Source: Terriglobia bacterium
GTDB taxonomy: Bacteria; Acidobacteriota; Terriglobia; 20CM-2-55-15
Direction: 5' to 3'
DNA length: 64,000 nucleotides
Assembly (NCBI GenBank): GCA_963664115.2
Contig: CAXWPJ010000006.1
Location: 256,001 to 320,000 of the forward strand
Of the stretch, positions 49,003 to 58,684 are shown piece after piece. Both the position numbers and the translations under genes were made by a program. How positions within the stretch are numbered: position 1 is the first letter of the stretch; each line of letters begins with the position of its first letter. The notes beneath the pieces were generated by a model, which saw nothing but the letters and a program-made list of their open reading frames with translations, did no database searches and was not told the origin of the DNA.

Positions 49003-52000
49003 GTGGTCAAAATGAACACATTACTGCGGCTGTTGTGCGCATTACTGGTGGTCACGTGTGTGTCCGTGCCGGTAGCGGCCCAGTCTGTGTTCCATTTTCC
49101 GCGCGTCTCTATGAGCGAGGGAGGCGGTGTCGGAGGGGGCGACGGTCGGTCCTCGCATGTCACGGTTACCAACCCGTCGGAGTCTACGGCTGAAGTCGAA
49201 TTCGAGCTGATTGGGCTGGACGGATCCCAGGTCGGGGCTCCAGCCAATCCGGTGCGTTACCGGGTCGAACCCGACAGCATTCTGTCGATGGGGATTGACA
49301 CGGTCTTTGCGACCTCAGGTGCGGCCGGGTGGATTCGCGTCAGCAGCGATCAGTCGGGCTTGGCAGCCCGGCTCCAAACAGGAGACTTCGCCACCAGCCT
49401 CGAGGAAATCGCACCCGGCATTCCTCTGGCCGATCAGCTTGTGGTCATCCCGAGCGGGGACCCACAGGCGCTGCGTGTTTTGCGAGTCGTCAATCCGTCT
49501 GACAGTCTAACTGCCGTAAACGTGACGGTCTTTGATAATCAGGGAAACGTTGCGGAGAGCTTTGCCGTGGCGCTGGAGGCCTTTTCGGGTAGTGATTTCA
49601 GCTTGGTCTCTTCAGGGGCGGGGGCGCGGATCAGTTCGAGCCAAGCCGTTGTGGCCCAGGTGGAAATCAGCACAGACGATTCGCTGTTGCTGCTCAACGG
49701 TCAGGCAGCAAGCGGCTTGGCAGCAGCGTTTCGAGTTGCACCTCATGTAGTGATCGGTAATGGCTTTGAGTCGACCCTCGTATTGTCCAATCCGACAGGG
49801 CAAACCATTAACGTGTTCGCGACCTTGTTCAGTCAATCAGGCGGTCCCGTCCATATTTCCCAGAGCCGGCCGCCCAGGCATGCCCTGGCGATCCCGGCCA
49901 ACGGATCTGTTTCGATCGGTGCCGGCCGACTCACCGGGCTTCTGTTTGTTCCGGCCGTGGACGGCTGGATCGAAATTGAATCCCCGAACGTCGCGTTGGC
50001 AGGTGGACTGATCGTGTCACAAGGTCGGAATCGGACGATCTATCCACTACAAGTGGAGTCCGAGGCCAAGGTCTTCTATCCGCAGTCGGAAGTACTCGAT
50101 TCTCAGTTTGCAGCTTTGGTGGTGACCAATCCGTCCGGGATTCCTGCCGATGTCGAAATCTCGGCGATCGATGCGGATGGTTATACATTGGCCCGGTCCT
50201 CGTTCGTTGTTGCGGCGAAGAGCAAGATGACAGGGCTTGTCGGCGAACTGTTCCCCGGAATTGATTTGAATCAGGGAGGCACCCTGACCTTGAGGTCTTC
50301 GTCTTCCACTTACGGGCTTCTGATGGTCGGCCCCACAGATGGCTTTCTTGCTGCGGCCGGAGCGGAGACACTGTCCGCCGGATTTTCCGGCGACCCAGGG
50401 CTTCGGCCGGAAATCACGTCGATAGAACCCGAGCAGGTACGGTCTGGAGATACCGTGCGTATCCGCGGGCAGTTACTCAATGTTAACACCTTGCTCCTGG
50501 GTGGCCTTCCGGTGAGTGCGCGTTCACTGGCACCCGGCATTGCCATTCTTTCTGTGGTTGTGCCGGATATTGAAGCCGGTTTCGTCGATTTCAAAATTCG
50601 AACCTCGGACGGTCTCGAGTCCGAGCCGTATACGATTCTCGTGCTTCCGTCCGACCAGCAATCCTTACGCGAAGTGCGAGGACGGGCTTTTTTCCAAAAA
50701 ATCGATCTCGAGGCGGATGGCCTTGATCTCTCCCAACCTGTCATGGTGCCGATTCGTGAAGCGCGGGTCGATGTATTCAGCCAGTTGACCGGCGCAGTGT
50801 TCTCGGTTGCGGGTACCGACCGGTACGGGAACTTCCGGGCTTTGGTTCCTGTCGGTTCGGAGTATGCATTACGTGCCCTGAGCCAATCGTCTGAGTCCGG
50901 AGTGGCCGTGGCGGACAACACGAGCGGCGGTGCCCTCTATTTAGTCAGCGCAGGTATAGAGGTCGAGACTGCTCCGGTGTTGCTTGCCCTGGACGCGGAC
51001 CGTACTTCGGGCGCTTTTAACATCCTGGAAGTGATTCGACAGGGTAACGCCTTTCTCAGGGCGATGGATTCGGATCTGCCGGTGCCGACCATGGGCATCT
51101 TCTGGAGTCCGAACAATACTGCGACCGCAGGTGACGCTGACCAGGGTCAGATTGGCGGTACGTTCTTCAACGCAGAAACGAACACGGCGTTCATTCTGGG
51201 AGACCGCGCAACGGATTCGGATGAGTTTGATGACTCCGTAATTCTCCACGAGTATGCGCACCTGTTGGCAACGAGATTCTCGAGAGATGATTCTCGTGGC
51301 GGCCCCCACGTGCTTGGCGACGCACTCGATCCGAGAGTGGCCTGGTCGGAGGGTTGGGCGAATTTCTTTTCCGCTTTGGTTCGCAACAGTCCGATCTACA
51401 GGGACTCGCTGGGTTTTGGTGGTGAGGCTGTCCTGGAATATAACCTGGAAGAAAACGTACCCATCGGGGATCAACCCGGCTACTGGAGTGAATTTTCGGT
51501 CCACTCGATTCTGTGGGACCTGGCAGACTCGACCCCGGATACTGGGGATGCTATCGAGATTCCACTTCCTGTCATATGGGAAGCTTTTCTTCAGTTGAGT
51601 GATGACACCTTCGTCTACGTCCCGTCGTTTCTGGATCGCCTGACATCGTTGTTGCCTCTCGAGGCGTCTGGAATTGAGCAGATCACACGGATGCGTTCCA
51701 TCGACTATGTCGCGTCGGCCCTGCCCAGTGTGTCGAATCCTTTTCCGCGTTTGGTGGGAGGCACAGACACAGTCACCGGCGATGTAGATTCGCTTTCAAG
51801 AGGGCGTGTCAACCTGGCTCAATCTGCGCACCACTATGTTTTCGACGTGGATGGCGGTGCAGTCTCCATTCGTCTGGACATTACGGGCCTGGGCCAGGGC
51901 CAAAACCCCAACTCGAACGATCTGGATCTGTTCTTGACGGATTCCGGGGGCCGAGTTTTGGCCCGATCGGATCGGGGCCTGGACGGACAATCCGAGTTGA

Positions 52001-52122
52001 TCTCGACGTTCCTTCCTGCCGGTCGCTATGTGATCGAGATCCGGAGTTTCTATACGCAGGGCGAGACAGGCGCGCTGGTCTTCAACTCCGGTTCCTACAG
52101 TCTTCAGATACGCCTACCGTAA
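49003..52122 (+). CDS. Large secreted multidomain protein with HEXXH zinc-peptidase motif
   Basis: Signal peptide, four NPS/NPT beta-repeats, IPT/TIG-like segment, LHEYAH + WSEGWANF, C-terminal PPC-like DLDLFL..YVIEI. Confidence 0.85.
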   Translation: MVKMNTLLRLLCALLVVTCVSVPVAAQSVFHFPRVSMSEGGGVGGGDGRSSHVTVTNPSESTAEVEFELIGLDGSQVGAPANPVRYRVEPDSILSMGIDTVFATSGAAGWIRVSSDQSGLAARLQTGDFATSLEEIAPGIPLADQLVVIPSGDPQALRVLRVVNPSDSLTAVNVTVFDNQGNVAESFAVALEAFSGSDFSLVSSGAGARISSSQAVVAQVEISTDDSLLLLNGQAASGLAAAFRVAPHVVIGNGFESTLVLSNPTGQTINVFATLFSQSGGPVHISQSRPPRHALAIPANGSVSIGAGRLTGLLFVPAVDGWIEIESPNVALAGGLIVSQGRNRTIYPLQVESEAKVFYPQSEVLDSQFAALVVTNPSGIPADVEISAIDADGYTLARSSFVVAAKSKMTGLVGELFPGIDLNQGGTLTLRSSSSTYGLLMVGPTDGFLAAAGAETLSAGFSGDPGLRPEITSIEPEQVRSGDTVRIRGQLLNVNTLLLGGLPVSARSLAPGIAILSVVVPDIEAGFVDFKIRTSDGLESEPYTILVLPSDQQSLREVRGRAFFQKIDLEADGLDLSQPVMVPIREARVDVFSQLTGAVFSVAGTDRYGNFRALVPVGSEYALRALSQSSESGVAVADNTSGGALYLVSAGIEVETAPVLLALDADRTSGAFNILEVIRQGNAFLRAMDSDLPVPTMGIFWSPNNTATAGDADQGQIGGTFFNAETNTAFILGDRATDSDEFDDSVILHEYAHLLATRFSRDDSRGGPHVLGDALDPRVAWSEGWANFFSALVRNSPIYRDSLGFGGEAVLEYNLEENVPIGDQPGYWSEFSVHSILWDLADSTPDTGDAIEIPLPVIWEAFLQLSDDTFVYVPSFLDRLTSLLPLEASGIEQITRMRSIDYVASALPSVSNPFPRLVGGTDTVTGDVDSLSRGRVNLAQSAHHYVFDVDGGAVSIRLDITGLGQGQNPNSNDLDLFLTDSGGRVLARSDRGLDGQSELISTFLPAGRYVIEIRSFYTQGETGALVFNSGSYSLQIRLP

Positions 52123-52227
52123 AAATTTCATAGTTGAAGATTACGAACTGCTCTTCTGATGGGGAAACCAGACTCAGGACGGTAGGTCCCGGCTAAGAAA
52201 TTTCCATACGTACAAGAAATGTCCGGA

Positions 52228-53400
52228 TCAGGAAGCGTCCTGGTAGGAATCGAGAGCCGCCCGCACTCCAGCGCCGGGGGAAGCGCTGAATCCCATCTCG
52301 GAAAGGATTTCTTCCAGTCCGTTGATCAGGAGCAGCACGTTGTTGCGTTGAGATGAATATCCCATCAAACCGATCCTCCAGATCTTCCCCTTGAGATCGG
52401 TTAGCCCGCCGACGATTTCTATTCCGTAACGCTTGAGGAGCTTCGACCTTACCTCGGCTTCGTCGATGCCGTCGGGCACCTTCACGGTGTTTACGGTCCA
52501 GGCACGTACCTCGCTTTTGGCAAACATCTCCAGACCCATCGCTTCCAGACCCGCGACAAGCGCGAGATGGTTTTCCCGGTGCCGCGCGAAGCGATTGGCG
52601 AGACCTTCCTCTTCGATGACCCGTAACGATTCCCGCAACGCGTAGTTCATCGAAATCGGAGCCGTGTGATGATAGCGGCGATCGCTGCCCCAGTACTTTT
52701 CAAGCATGGACACATCCAGGTACCAGCTCTGAACGGGTTCTTTGCGCGACCGCAGCTGTCGAATCGCGTTCGGCGACAGCGTAACAGGAGCGAGTCCCGG
52801 GGGACAGCTCAGGCACTTCTGGCTGCCGCTGTATACGAAGTCGAGTCCGTTGGTCGCCACGTCGACGGGTTGACCTCCAAGCGAGGCTACAGCGTCCACG
52901 ATCGTGATGATGTCGTCGTCACGTAGCAATTGTGCGAGGGGTTCGATGGGCTGTGCTACACCTGTGGAAGTTTCGACATGGACGAAGGCCACGACTTTCG
53001 GCCGTTTTTTTTGGATGGCCTGGCGTAATTGATCGGGGGTGACGGCCTCGCCCGGAGAGGCTTCTACGATCTCGACCTCCCCCCCTGCCCGGTGCGCAAT
53101 CTGTAGCATGCGATCGGCGAAGAATCCAGCCGAGCAAACGAGGACGGCGTCCCCTGGCTCGATCATGTTGACCATGGCCGTTTCCATGCCTGCGGTTCCT
53201 GTTCCCGAGACCGGCAGCGTGAGGGGGTTCTCCGCTTGAAAGACACCCCGGAGGCCTTTCTGGATTTCGTCCATCACGTCCAGAAAAACAGGATCCAGAT
53301 GGCTGACCAGGGTCTGCGACATGGCTTTGAGCACACGGGGGTCGACATCGCTCGGGCCAGGCCCCAACAAGATTCGGAACGGAGGGTTGAACTCTTTCAC
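52228..53400 (-). CDS. Alanine-glyoxylate/serine-pyruvate aminotransferase (class V)
   Basis: LLGPGPS, HVETSTG, DAVASLGG, SGSQKCL..PPG, YHHT, WRIGLMG; start uncertain. Confidence 0.93.
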   Translation of the reverse strand: MKEFNPPFRILLGPGPSDVDPRVLKAMSQTLVSHLDPVFLDVMDEIQKGLRGVFQAENPLTLPVSGTGTAGMETAMVNMIEPGDAVLVCSAGFFADRMLQIAHRAGGEVEIVEASPGEAVTPDQLRQAIQKKRPKVVAFVHVETSTGVAQPIEPLAQLLRDDDIITIVDAVASLGGQPVDVATNGLDFVYSGSQKCLSCPPGLAPVTLSPNAIRQLRSRKEPVQSWYLDVSMLEKYWGSDRRYHHTAPISMNYALRESLRVIEEEGLANRFARHRENHLALVAGLEAMGLEMFAKSEVRAWTVNTVKVPDGIDEAEVRSKLLKRYGIEIVGGLTDLKGKIWRIGLMGYSSQRNNVLLLINGLEEILSEMGFSASPGAGVRAALDSYQDAS

Positions 53401-53528
53401 AGTTGTAGCGACTCCATTGGTAAGTGGCGTGGTTGGTAGCGTCCCAGAATGTTTTTTGGACTTATACGCTAGGAAAATCTGATTGCGGGAGTCTTCAAGA
53501 TGGAGATTATAACCGCTTGCGGCAGACT

Positions 53529-54029
53529 TTACGAACCCTCGACACAACCCTTCGCCAGTGAAAGTGCCAGTCGTACTGCGTCTTCGGGTGTCGCTACAGC
53601 TTGAAATTCAGGTTCCGCGTAGCGGATTCCATTGCGGACGGCGTCCCATGTGCGGAGCCCCACGACCGGTGTGCCCACCTTGATGGCGAGGGCAATTTCC
53701 GAAAGGGTCCCAGGACCGCCTGCGATCGCTATGATAGCGTGTGCAGTCAGGACGTTGATCGCGTTCCGGGCGTTGCCCATACCCGTAACGATCGGGAGTT
53801 CGACCCAGCGGTTTGCGTGCCCGTCGTTGTCGTCGGGAAGGATACCCACGACCAAACCGCCGGCTTCTGCCCCACCGCGGGCCGCGGCTTCCATCACGCC
53901 GCCACCACCACCACAGATCAGCACAGCACCGTGCTCAGCGATACCGCGACCCACGCTTTCAGCGATTCTGGAAATTTCCGCGTCACACTGTCCGGAGCCC
54001 ATGACGCCTATCCGTAATTTCCGTTCCAT
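53529..54029 (-). CDS. TIGR00725/LOG-family Rossmann protein
   Basis: CGGGGGVMEA, TGMGNARN, GGPGTLSEI. Confidence 0.9.
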   Translation of the reverse strand: MERKLRIGVMGSGQCDAEISRIAESVGRGIAEHGAVLICGGGGGVMEAAARGGAEAGGLVVGILPDDNDGHANRWVELPIVTGMGNARNAINVLTAHAIIAIAGGPGTLSEIALAIKVGTPVVGLRTWDAVRNGIRYAEPEFQAVATPEDAVRLALSLAKGCVEGS

Positions 54030-54061
54030 CCCTTAGTGTTGCCCTACCGTCTGAAATACAC

Positions 54062-54120
54062 AACGCAGAGACGCAGAGGCCGCAAAGAAAAATTCCTTTG
54101 CGTCTCTGCGCCTCTGAGTT
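54062..54120. repeat. CGCAGAG-type palindromic repeat, copy 1
   Basis: AACGCAGAGACGCAGAGGCCGCAAAG...CTTTGCGTCTCTGCGCCTCTGAGTT. Confidence 0.8.
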
Positions 54121-54182
54121 AACAGTCATTTATCGTTCGGTGACACCCACCAGAGGCGGGTTTGATGAAACTCGTCACGGGT

Positions 54183-55016
54183 TCAGTTCATCATCGCGCG
54201 GATACGGTTTACATCTTTTAAGTACGACTCTATTTTAGAGTTGTCCTCGGAGTCGGCAGAGTGCTTGAGAAACCACTTGAGATCGCTTGCAGCTCCCCTG
54301 AACTGGCGTAGCTGAAGACGCAGAAGGCCGCGCTCTTTGTAGAGTTCCAGGGTGTCGGGTTCGGTCAGTATCATCAGGTCCAAAATCACGAGGGCCTTGT
54401 CGAACGTCTGTGCTTGAAGGTATATCGCCCTCAGGTTGACCAGCATGCGCGTGAGGATATGGCGGTTGGTGACCCGCCGCAGCCACTGTTCTGAGCTTCG
54501 ACCGGTTTCGAGTTGTCCGGGTGGAAGCAGTCCACGACAGTCGTCGCGTGTGAGGATGGCTCCCTGGTTAAAGGGATCGACGAAAATTTCTTCGGTTCGG
54601 GATAAGTACTTGACCAGGAAGTGGCCCGGCATTCCGACTCCATCGATATTGAAACCGACGCGGCGGGCAACCTCAATGTAGATGGCCGACAGGGTGATGG
54701 GGATCCCCTTCCGCCGCTCGATGACATCGTTCAGGAAGCTGTTGCGAGGGTCGTAGTATTTTTCCGCATTACCCTCAAACCCGTAATCGAGGAAGAGAAC
54801 CTGGTTGATCGCCGCAATGGTTTCTATTGGAGAAGAATCGGTGGCCGTTTTGTTTTCTACGCTATCAGCCATGCGATCGAGTTCGTCCAGATATGGGGTC
54901 AGCGACAGGTGCGGGTACTCTTCACAGGCCAGGAGCAGAGCGGCCTCGGCCAGAGGGATGCCTAGATCCGGTAGTGTGATCAGCTCCTTAAATGTCTCTC
55001 TGGATCGTGTCGTCAT
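54183..55016 (-). CDS. SirB1/transglutaminase-like protein with TPR
   Basis: YYDPRNSFLNDV, GIPITLS, PGHFL, DPFNQG, RMLVNL; ATGA overlap with the upstream gene. Confidence 0.92.
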   Translation of the reverse strand: MTTRSRETFKELITLPDLGIPLAEAALLLACEEYPHLSLTPYLDELDRMADSVENKTATDSSPIETIAAINQVLFLDYGFEGNAEKYYDPRNSFLNDVIERRKGIPITLSAIYIEVARRVGFNIDGVGMPGHFLVKYLSRTEEIFVDPFNQGAILTRDDCRGLLPPGQLETGRSSEQWLRRVTNRHILTRMLVNLRAIYLQAQTFDKALVILDLMILTEPDTLELYKERGLLRLQLRQFRGAASDLKWFLKHSADSEDNSKIESYLKDVNRIRAMMN

Positions 55017-55684
55017 GCCAACCGCTCCTCGAACCAACTTTCAAAATCCTGAATCGATGCGAGAATCCAATCCGCTTCCCTCAGTTGAGACCGATCGTAG
55101 GAATGTTCCAGCGCAAGACATCGAAGGCCCGCGGATTTCGCTGACCGAATGCCTCCGACGGAGTCTTCCACGGCCAGGCACCGATGGGGCTCGAGCGGAC
55201 CGTGGCGTTCCCCTAAGAGCTCGGTGGCTTTGAGGAAGGGTTCGGGACTTGGCTTTCCAGCGTCGACATCTTCGGCGGCCACGATGACGGAGAAGTAGGT
55301 CCCAAGGGCGCCCTCTTTGAGGATCCAGTCGATTTCATCCCTTCGGGCACCGGAGGCCATCCCCAGCGGACAGCTCTCCGCTGCCGCTTGCACCGCCCGC
55401 ACAGCGCCCTCGAAAAGTACGTGCCTCTCGCCCAGGAGCCCGAAGTAGCTTTTCGATTTGCGAGCCACAAGCGTTTGCAGTGTGTCGGAGGTCAGGTCCA
55501 GGTTGTGGTCACCATATAGCGCGCGAAACAAGTCCCAGTCGTTGAGCGCCAGGTATCGTTCGTAATATGCAGTGTCGGTCAGTGAAAGTCCTTCTTCGCG
55601 TGCGATGATTCGGAAGGCTTCCAGATGAATCGGTTCGTCGTTGGCCAGGACGCCATTGAAGTCGAAGATTACGGCTTGAAACAT
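55013..55684 (-). CDS. HAD-family phosphatase
   Basis: FDFNGVL, GKPSPE, VEDS..G. Confidence 0.92.
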   Translation of the reverse strand: MFQAVIFDFNGVLANDEPIHLEAFRIIAREEGLSLTDTAYYERYLALNDWDLFRALYGDHNLDLTSDTLQTLVARKSKSYFGLLGERHVLFEGAVRAVQAAAESCPLGMASGARRDEIDWILKEGALGTYFSVIVAAEDVDAGKPSPEPFLKATELLGERHGPLEPHRCLAVEDSVGGIRSAKSAGLRCLALEHSYDRSQLREADWILASIQDFESWFEERLA

Positions 55685-55882
55685 GGTGATCGCGCTTGTG
55701 CCCGGTCCCAACAGCGGCGAGGGGGCATTAGCTAAGTTACCATGGTTCCCACGTTGGGCCCGTGTGGGTCGAACAGGGCATTGCCTATCCGTCCCAGACC
55801 ACTGCTATTTTTCGTTCGTGGGCTGTTAAAGAAGCCGTCGAAATGCACCCGAGTTCCTAACTGATAAGATACGAGACTGCCT

Positions 55883-56983
55883 ATGAATTACGACGTCATC
55901 GTTGTTGGCGGTGGAGCGATTGGGCTGGCCCTGGCTCGCAGCTTGGCCGGGGACCGATCCGTTCTCCTGATCGAGCGGGGCTCGATCGGCCGGGAGTCGT
56001 CGTGGGCGGCAGCGGGAATGTTGTGCCCGCACAGCGAGGCCGATACCGACGACGCGTTATTGAGGTTGAGCCTCCGAAGCCTGATCATGTACCGGTCTTT
56101 TGCAGCGGAACTGTCCGATGAGACCGGCATCGATATCGAATACCAGGACGACGGCGTGATAGTCCTCGCTTCGGACCCGCCGGAATACGAGTCCCTGCGG
56201 CATCGGTGTGAGTGGCAGCAGCGGTCTGGATTGGACGCGACCATGCTTTCTGCCGCCGACGTCCGGAGGCGGGAACCCCGTTTGACCCTTGAGATCGAGG
56301 GGGCGATGTTCTGTCCGGGTGATCATCAGATCCGTCCCCGAAGACTCATCGAGGCTCTTCGGCGCTCGTGTGCGATTCGCGGCGTCGAGATTCTGGAAAA
56401 CACTCCGGTCCGAGCCGTGGTTTCGGCCGCGGACCGTGTGGAGGGCGTGCGGGCCGTTTCCGAGACCTTTGCTGCCCCGACCGTCATTCTGGCCGCCGGA
56501 GCATGGGCGTCCGAGATTGATGGCATGTGTCCGAGGATTCACATGAAGCCGCGGAAAGGACAGATACTCTCGCTCGAGATGCCGGGTCGGACGTTCCGGC
56601 ACCTGATTCGATGGCGTCGACTTTATTTCGTTCCGAGGAGGGACGGAGAACTCGTTGTCGGTGCGACGAACGAAGATTGTGGATTCGACCGCCGGCCCAC
56701 GGCGGCGGGTTTGAGTGGATTGCTGGCCGATGCTCAACGGCTGTCTTCCGACGTCGGCAACTATCCGATTCTGGAAACGTGGGCGGGTCTGCGTCCGGCG
56801 ACCGAAGACGGTCTTCCGGCCATCGGAGCTTCCGGAATCGATGGGCTCTTCTATGCTCTCGGCCACTATAGAAATGGAATCCTCCTGACGCCGGTCACCG
56901 CGAAAATCATAAATGCGCTGACGCGAGGGGACACGCCTGATGCAGAGGTGTCTGCTTTCTCGCCACTGCGTTTTTCCAAGTAA
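55883..56983 (+). CDS. thiO: Glycine oxidase ThiO
   Basis: GGGAIG, SWAAAGML, KGQ, GLRP, GHYRNGILL.P. Confidence 0.85.
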   Translation: MNYDVIVVGGGAIGLALARSLAGDRSVLLIERGSIGRESSWAAAGMLCPHSEADTDDALLRLSLRSLIMYRSFAAELSDETGIDIEYQDDGVIVLASDPPEYESLRHRCEWQQRSGLDATMLSAADVRRREPRLTLEIEGAMFCPGDHQIRPRRLIEALRRSCAIRGVEILENTPVRAVVSAADRVEGVRAVSETFAAPTVILAAGAWASEIDGMCPRIHMKPRKGQILSLEMPGRTFRHLIRWRRLYFVPRRDGELVVGATNEDCGFDRRPTAAGLSGLLADAQRLSSDVGNYPILETWAGLRPATEDGLPAIGASGIDGLFYALGHYRNGILLTPVTAKIINALTRGDTPDAEVSAFSPLRFSK

Positions 56984-57013
56984 TACACAGCAGGTTTTTC
57001 TTTCCCATCAGGC

Positions 57014-57022
57014 TGGTATAAT
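57014..57022 (+). promoter_or_regulatory. Extended -10 promoter of mqnE (near-leaderless)
   Basis: TGgTATAAT ending 9 nt before the ATG; no SD sequence. Confidence 0.6.
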
Positions 57023-57031
57023 TGCGTCTTC

Positions 57032-58123
57032 ATGATTGATTCCACGATCATTGGGAAGGTCGAGCGAGGGGAACGGCTCAGTTTCGAGGACGGCGTAACT
57101 TTGTACGAGTCCGATGATGTTTTTGGAGTCGGCCGGCTCGCGCATCTAGTCCGTCTTCGCTTGAACGGGAACGCCGCCTACTACAACGTGAACCGCCACA
57201 TCAACTATACAAATATTTGTGTTATCGATTGCCAACTTTGCCAGGGAGCGTATGCGCGGAAGCCCGGCGAAGAAGGTGGCTATGCGATGACCCTGGACAA
57301 TGTTTTCGGGTTTGCGGCACAGAAATACAACGATTCGGTGACGGAGTTTCATATCGTAGGCGGCCTCAACCCTGCGCTGTCCTTTGATTACTATCTCGAT
57401 TTACTGCGGGGGCTCCGGGAAAGGTTCCCTTCGGTGCATCTGAAAGCGTTCACGATGGTGGAGCTCGATTTCTTTGCCAAGATTACGCGGAGACGGCTGG
57501 AGTGGGTTATTGAACAACTTCTTGAGGCGGGCTTGGGGAGTTGTCCAGGAGGTGGCGCCGAGATTTTTTCCGAGAGGGCCCGTCCGCTGATTGCGGGCCA
57601 CAAGATGTCAGGAGAACGCTGGCTGGAGTGCGCGCGAACCCTTCACAAAATGGGCGTCCACTCCAATGCCACGATGTTGTACGGCCACGTCGAGACGATC
57701 CCCGAGAGGATCGATCATTTGGTCAGATTGCGCGAACTTCAGGACGAAACCCAGGGATTCAATTGTTTTATTCCTCTCGCCTTTCACCCGGAAAACACAG
57801 CCTACGATCAGTTGCCGCCAACCACGGGGACCGACGACCTCAAGACGATCGCCCTGGCCCGGTTGATGCTCGACAATTTCTCCCACATTAAGGCCTACTG
57901 GGTAACGATCACACCGGAACTCGCTCAGATTGCCCTCCGTTTCGGGGCCGATGATCTGGACGGCACGATCATAGAAGAGCGAATCATCCACGGTGCCGGA
58001 AGCGAGACCAGCCTTGGGTTGACGCGGCAGCGGATTGAACTGTTGATCCGGGATGCCGGCTGCGTCCCCATCCAGCGCGACACTCTCTATAATCCCGTCA
58101 ATGCGAAAGTCGCCTCTTCCTAG
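57032..58123 (+). CDS. mqnE: Aminofutalosine synthase (radical SAM, CofH/MqnE family)
   Basis: NYTNICVIDCQLC, HIVGG, HLKAFT, PGGGAEIF, NATMLYGH, HIKAYW. Confidence 0.85.
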   Translation: MIDSTIIGKVERGERLSFEDGVTLYESDDVFGVGRLAHLVRLRLNGNAAYYNVNRHINYTNICVIDCQLCQGAYARKPGEEGGYAMTLDNVFGFAAQKYNDSVTEFHIVGGLNPALSFDYYLDLLRGLRERFPSVHLKAFTMVELDFFAKITRRRLEWVIEQLLEAGLGSCPGGGAEIFSERARPLIAGHKMSGERWLECARTLHKMGVHSNATMLYGHVETIPERIDHLVRLRELQDETQGFNCFIPLAFHPENTAYDQLPPTTGTDDLKTIALARLMLDNFSHIKAYWVTITPELAQIALRFGADDLDGTIIEERIIHGAGSETSLGLTRQRIELLIRDAGCVPIQRDTLYNPVNAKVASS

Positions 58124-58143
58124 AGGCATCAGAATTCGGAATT

Positions 58144-58223
58144 AACGCAGAGGCGCGGAGACGCAGAGGTTTTTTTAAATTCTCTCTGATCTGCGTCCTC
58201 AGCGACCTTTGCGTCTCTGCGTT
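58144..58223. repeat. CGCAGAG-type palindromic repeat, copy 2
   Basis: AACGCAGAGGCGCGGAGACGCAGAG...CTTTGCGTCTCTGCGTT between convergent genes. Confidence 0.8.
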
Positions 58224-58236
58224 TAAATTTTCATTT

Positions 58237-58659
58237 TTAGGATCGGAAGGTTATTTCGGCCAACATGAACGCCATTCCTTCGGGTACGATGTTCAGCTCC
58301 ACAAAATCCGTCTTCAGCAGCTTTCGAATGTCGTCCACGACGTCCTGGTCGATGTGGTCGATTCGGAACGTCGCCCGGTGCAAACCCGCTTCCGATAGCA
58401 GTTCGCAATCCAGAGCTTCCAGGCGCTTGATGATCCAGTGCAGTCGACCCGCGAAGGTGGTGGTGTCCACTTTGCCGTCGATCTTGACAATAGTTTCTTC
58501 GGGCAACCAGCAGAATTTGTCCCCGCCATAGAGTATCCGGTAGTTGCTGCGTTTGACTTCAAGCACCAGCCCGGCATCCTTGGGGATGCCGAGCTGAGAT
58601 CGATGATAGGAAGATCCGCAGTAAATGAACTCGCCGACTTCGATGCGATTGGCTTTCAC
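58237..58659 (-). CDS. Hypothetical protein
   Basis: ORF directly downstream of moeB; GTG start chosen to avoid overlap. Confidence 0.65.
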   Translation of the reverse strand: MKANRIEVGEFIYCGSSYHRSQLGIPKDAGLVLEVKRSNYRILYGGDKFCWLPEETIVKIDGKVDTTTFAGRLHWIIKRLEALDCELLSEAGLHRATFRIDHIDQDVVDDIRKLLKTDFVELNIVPEGMAFMLAEITFRS

Positions 58660-58684
58660 CTGCGTTATCCAGGGGGCACGGTAT

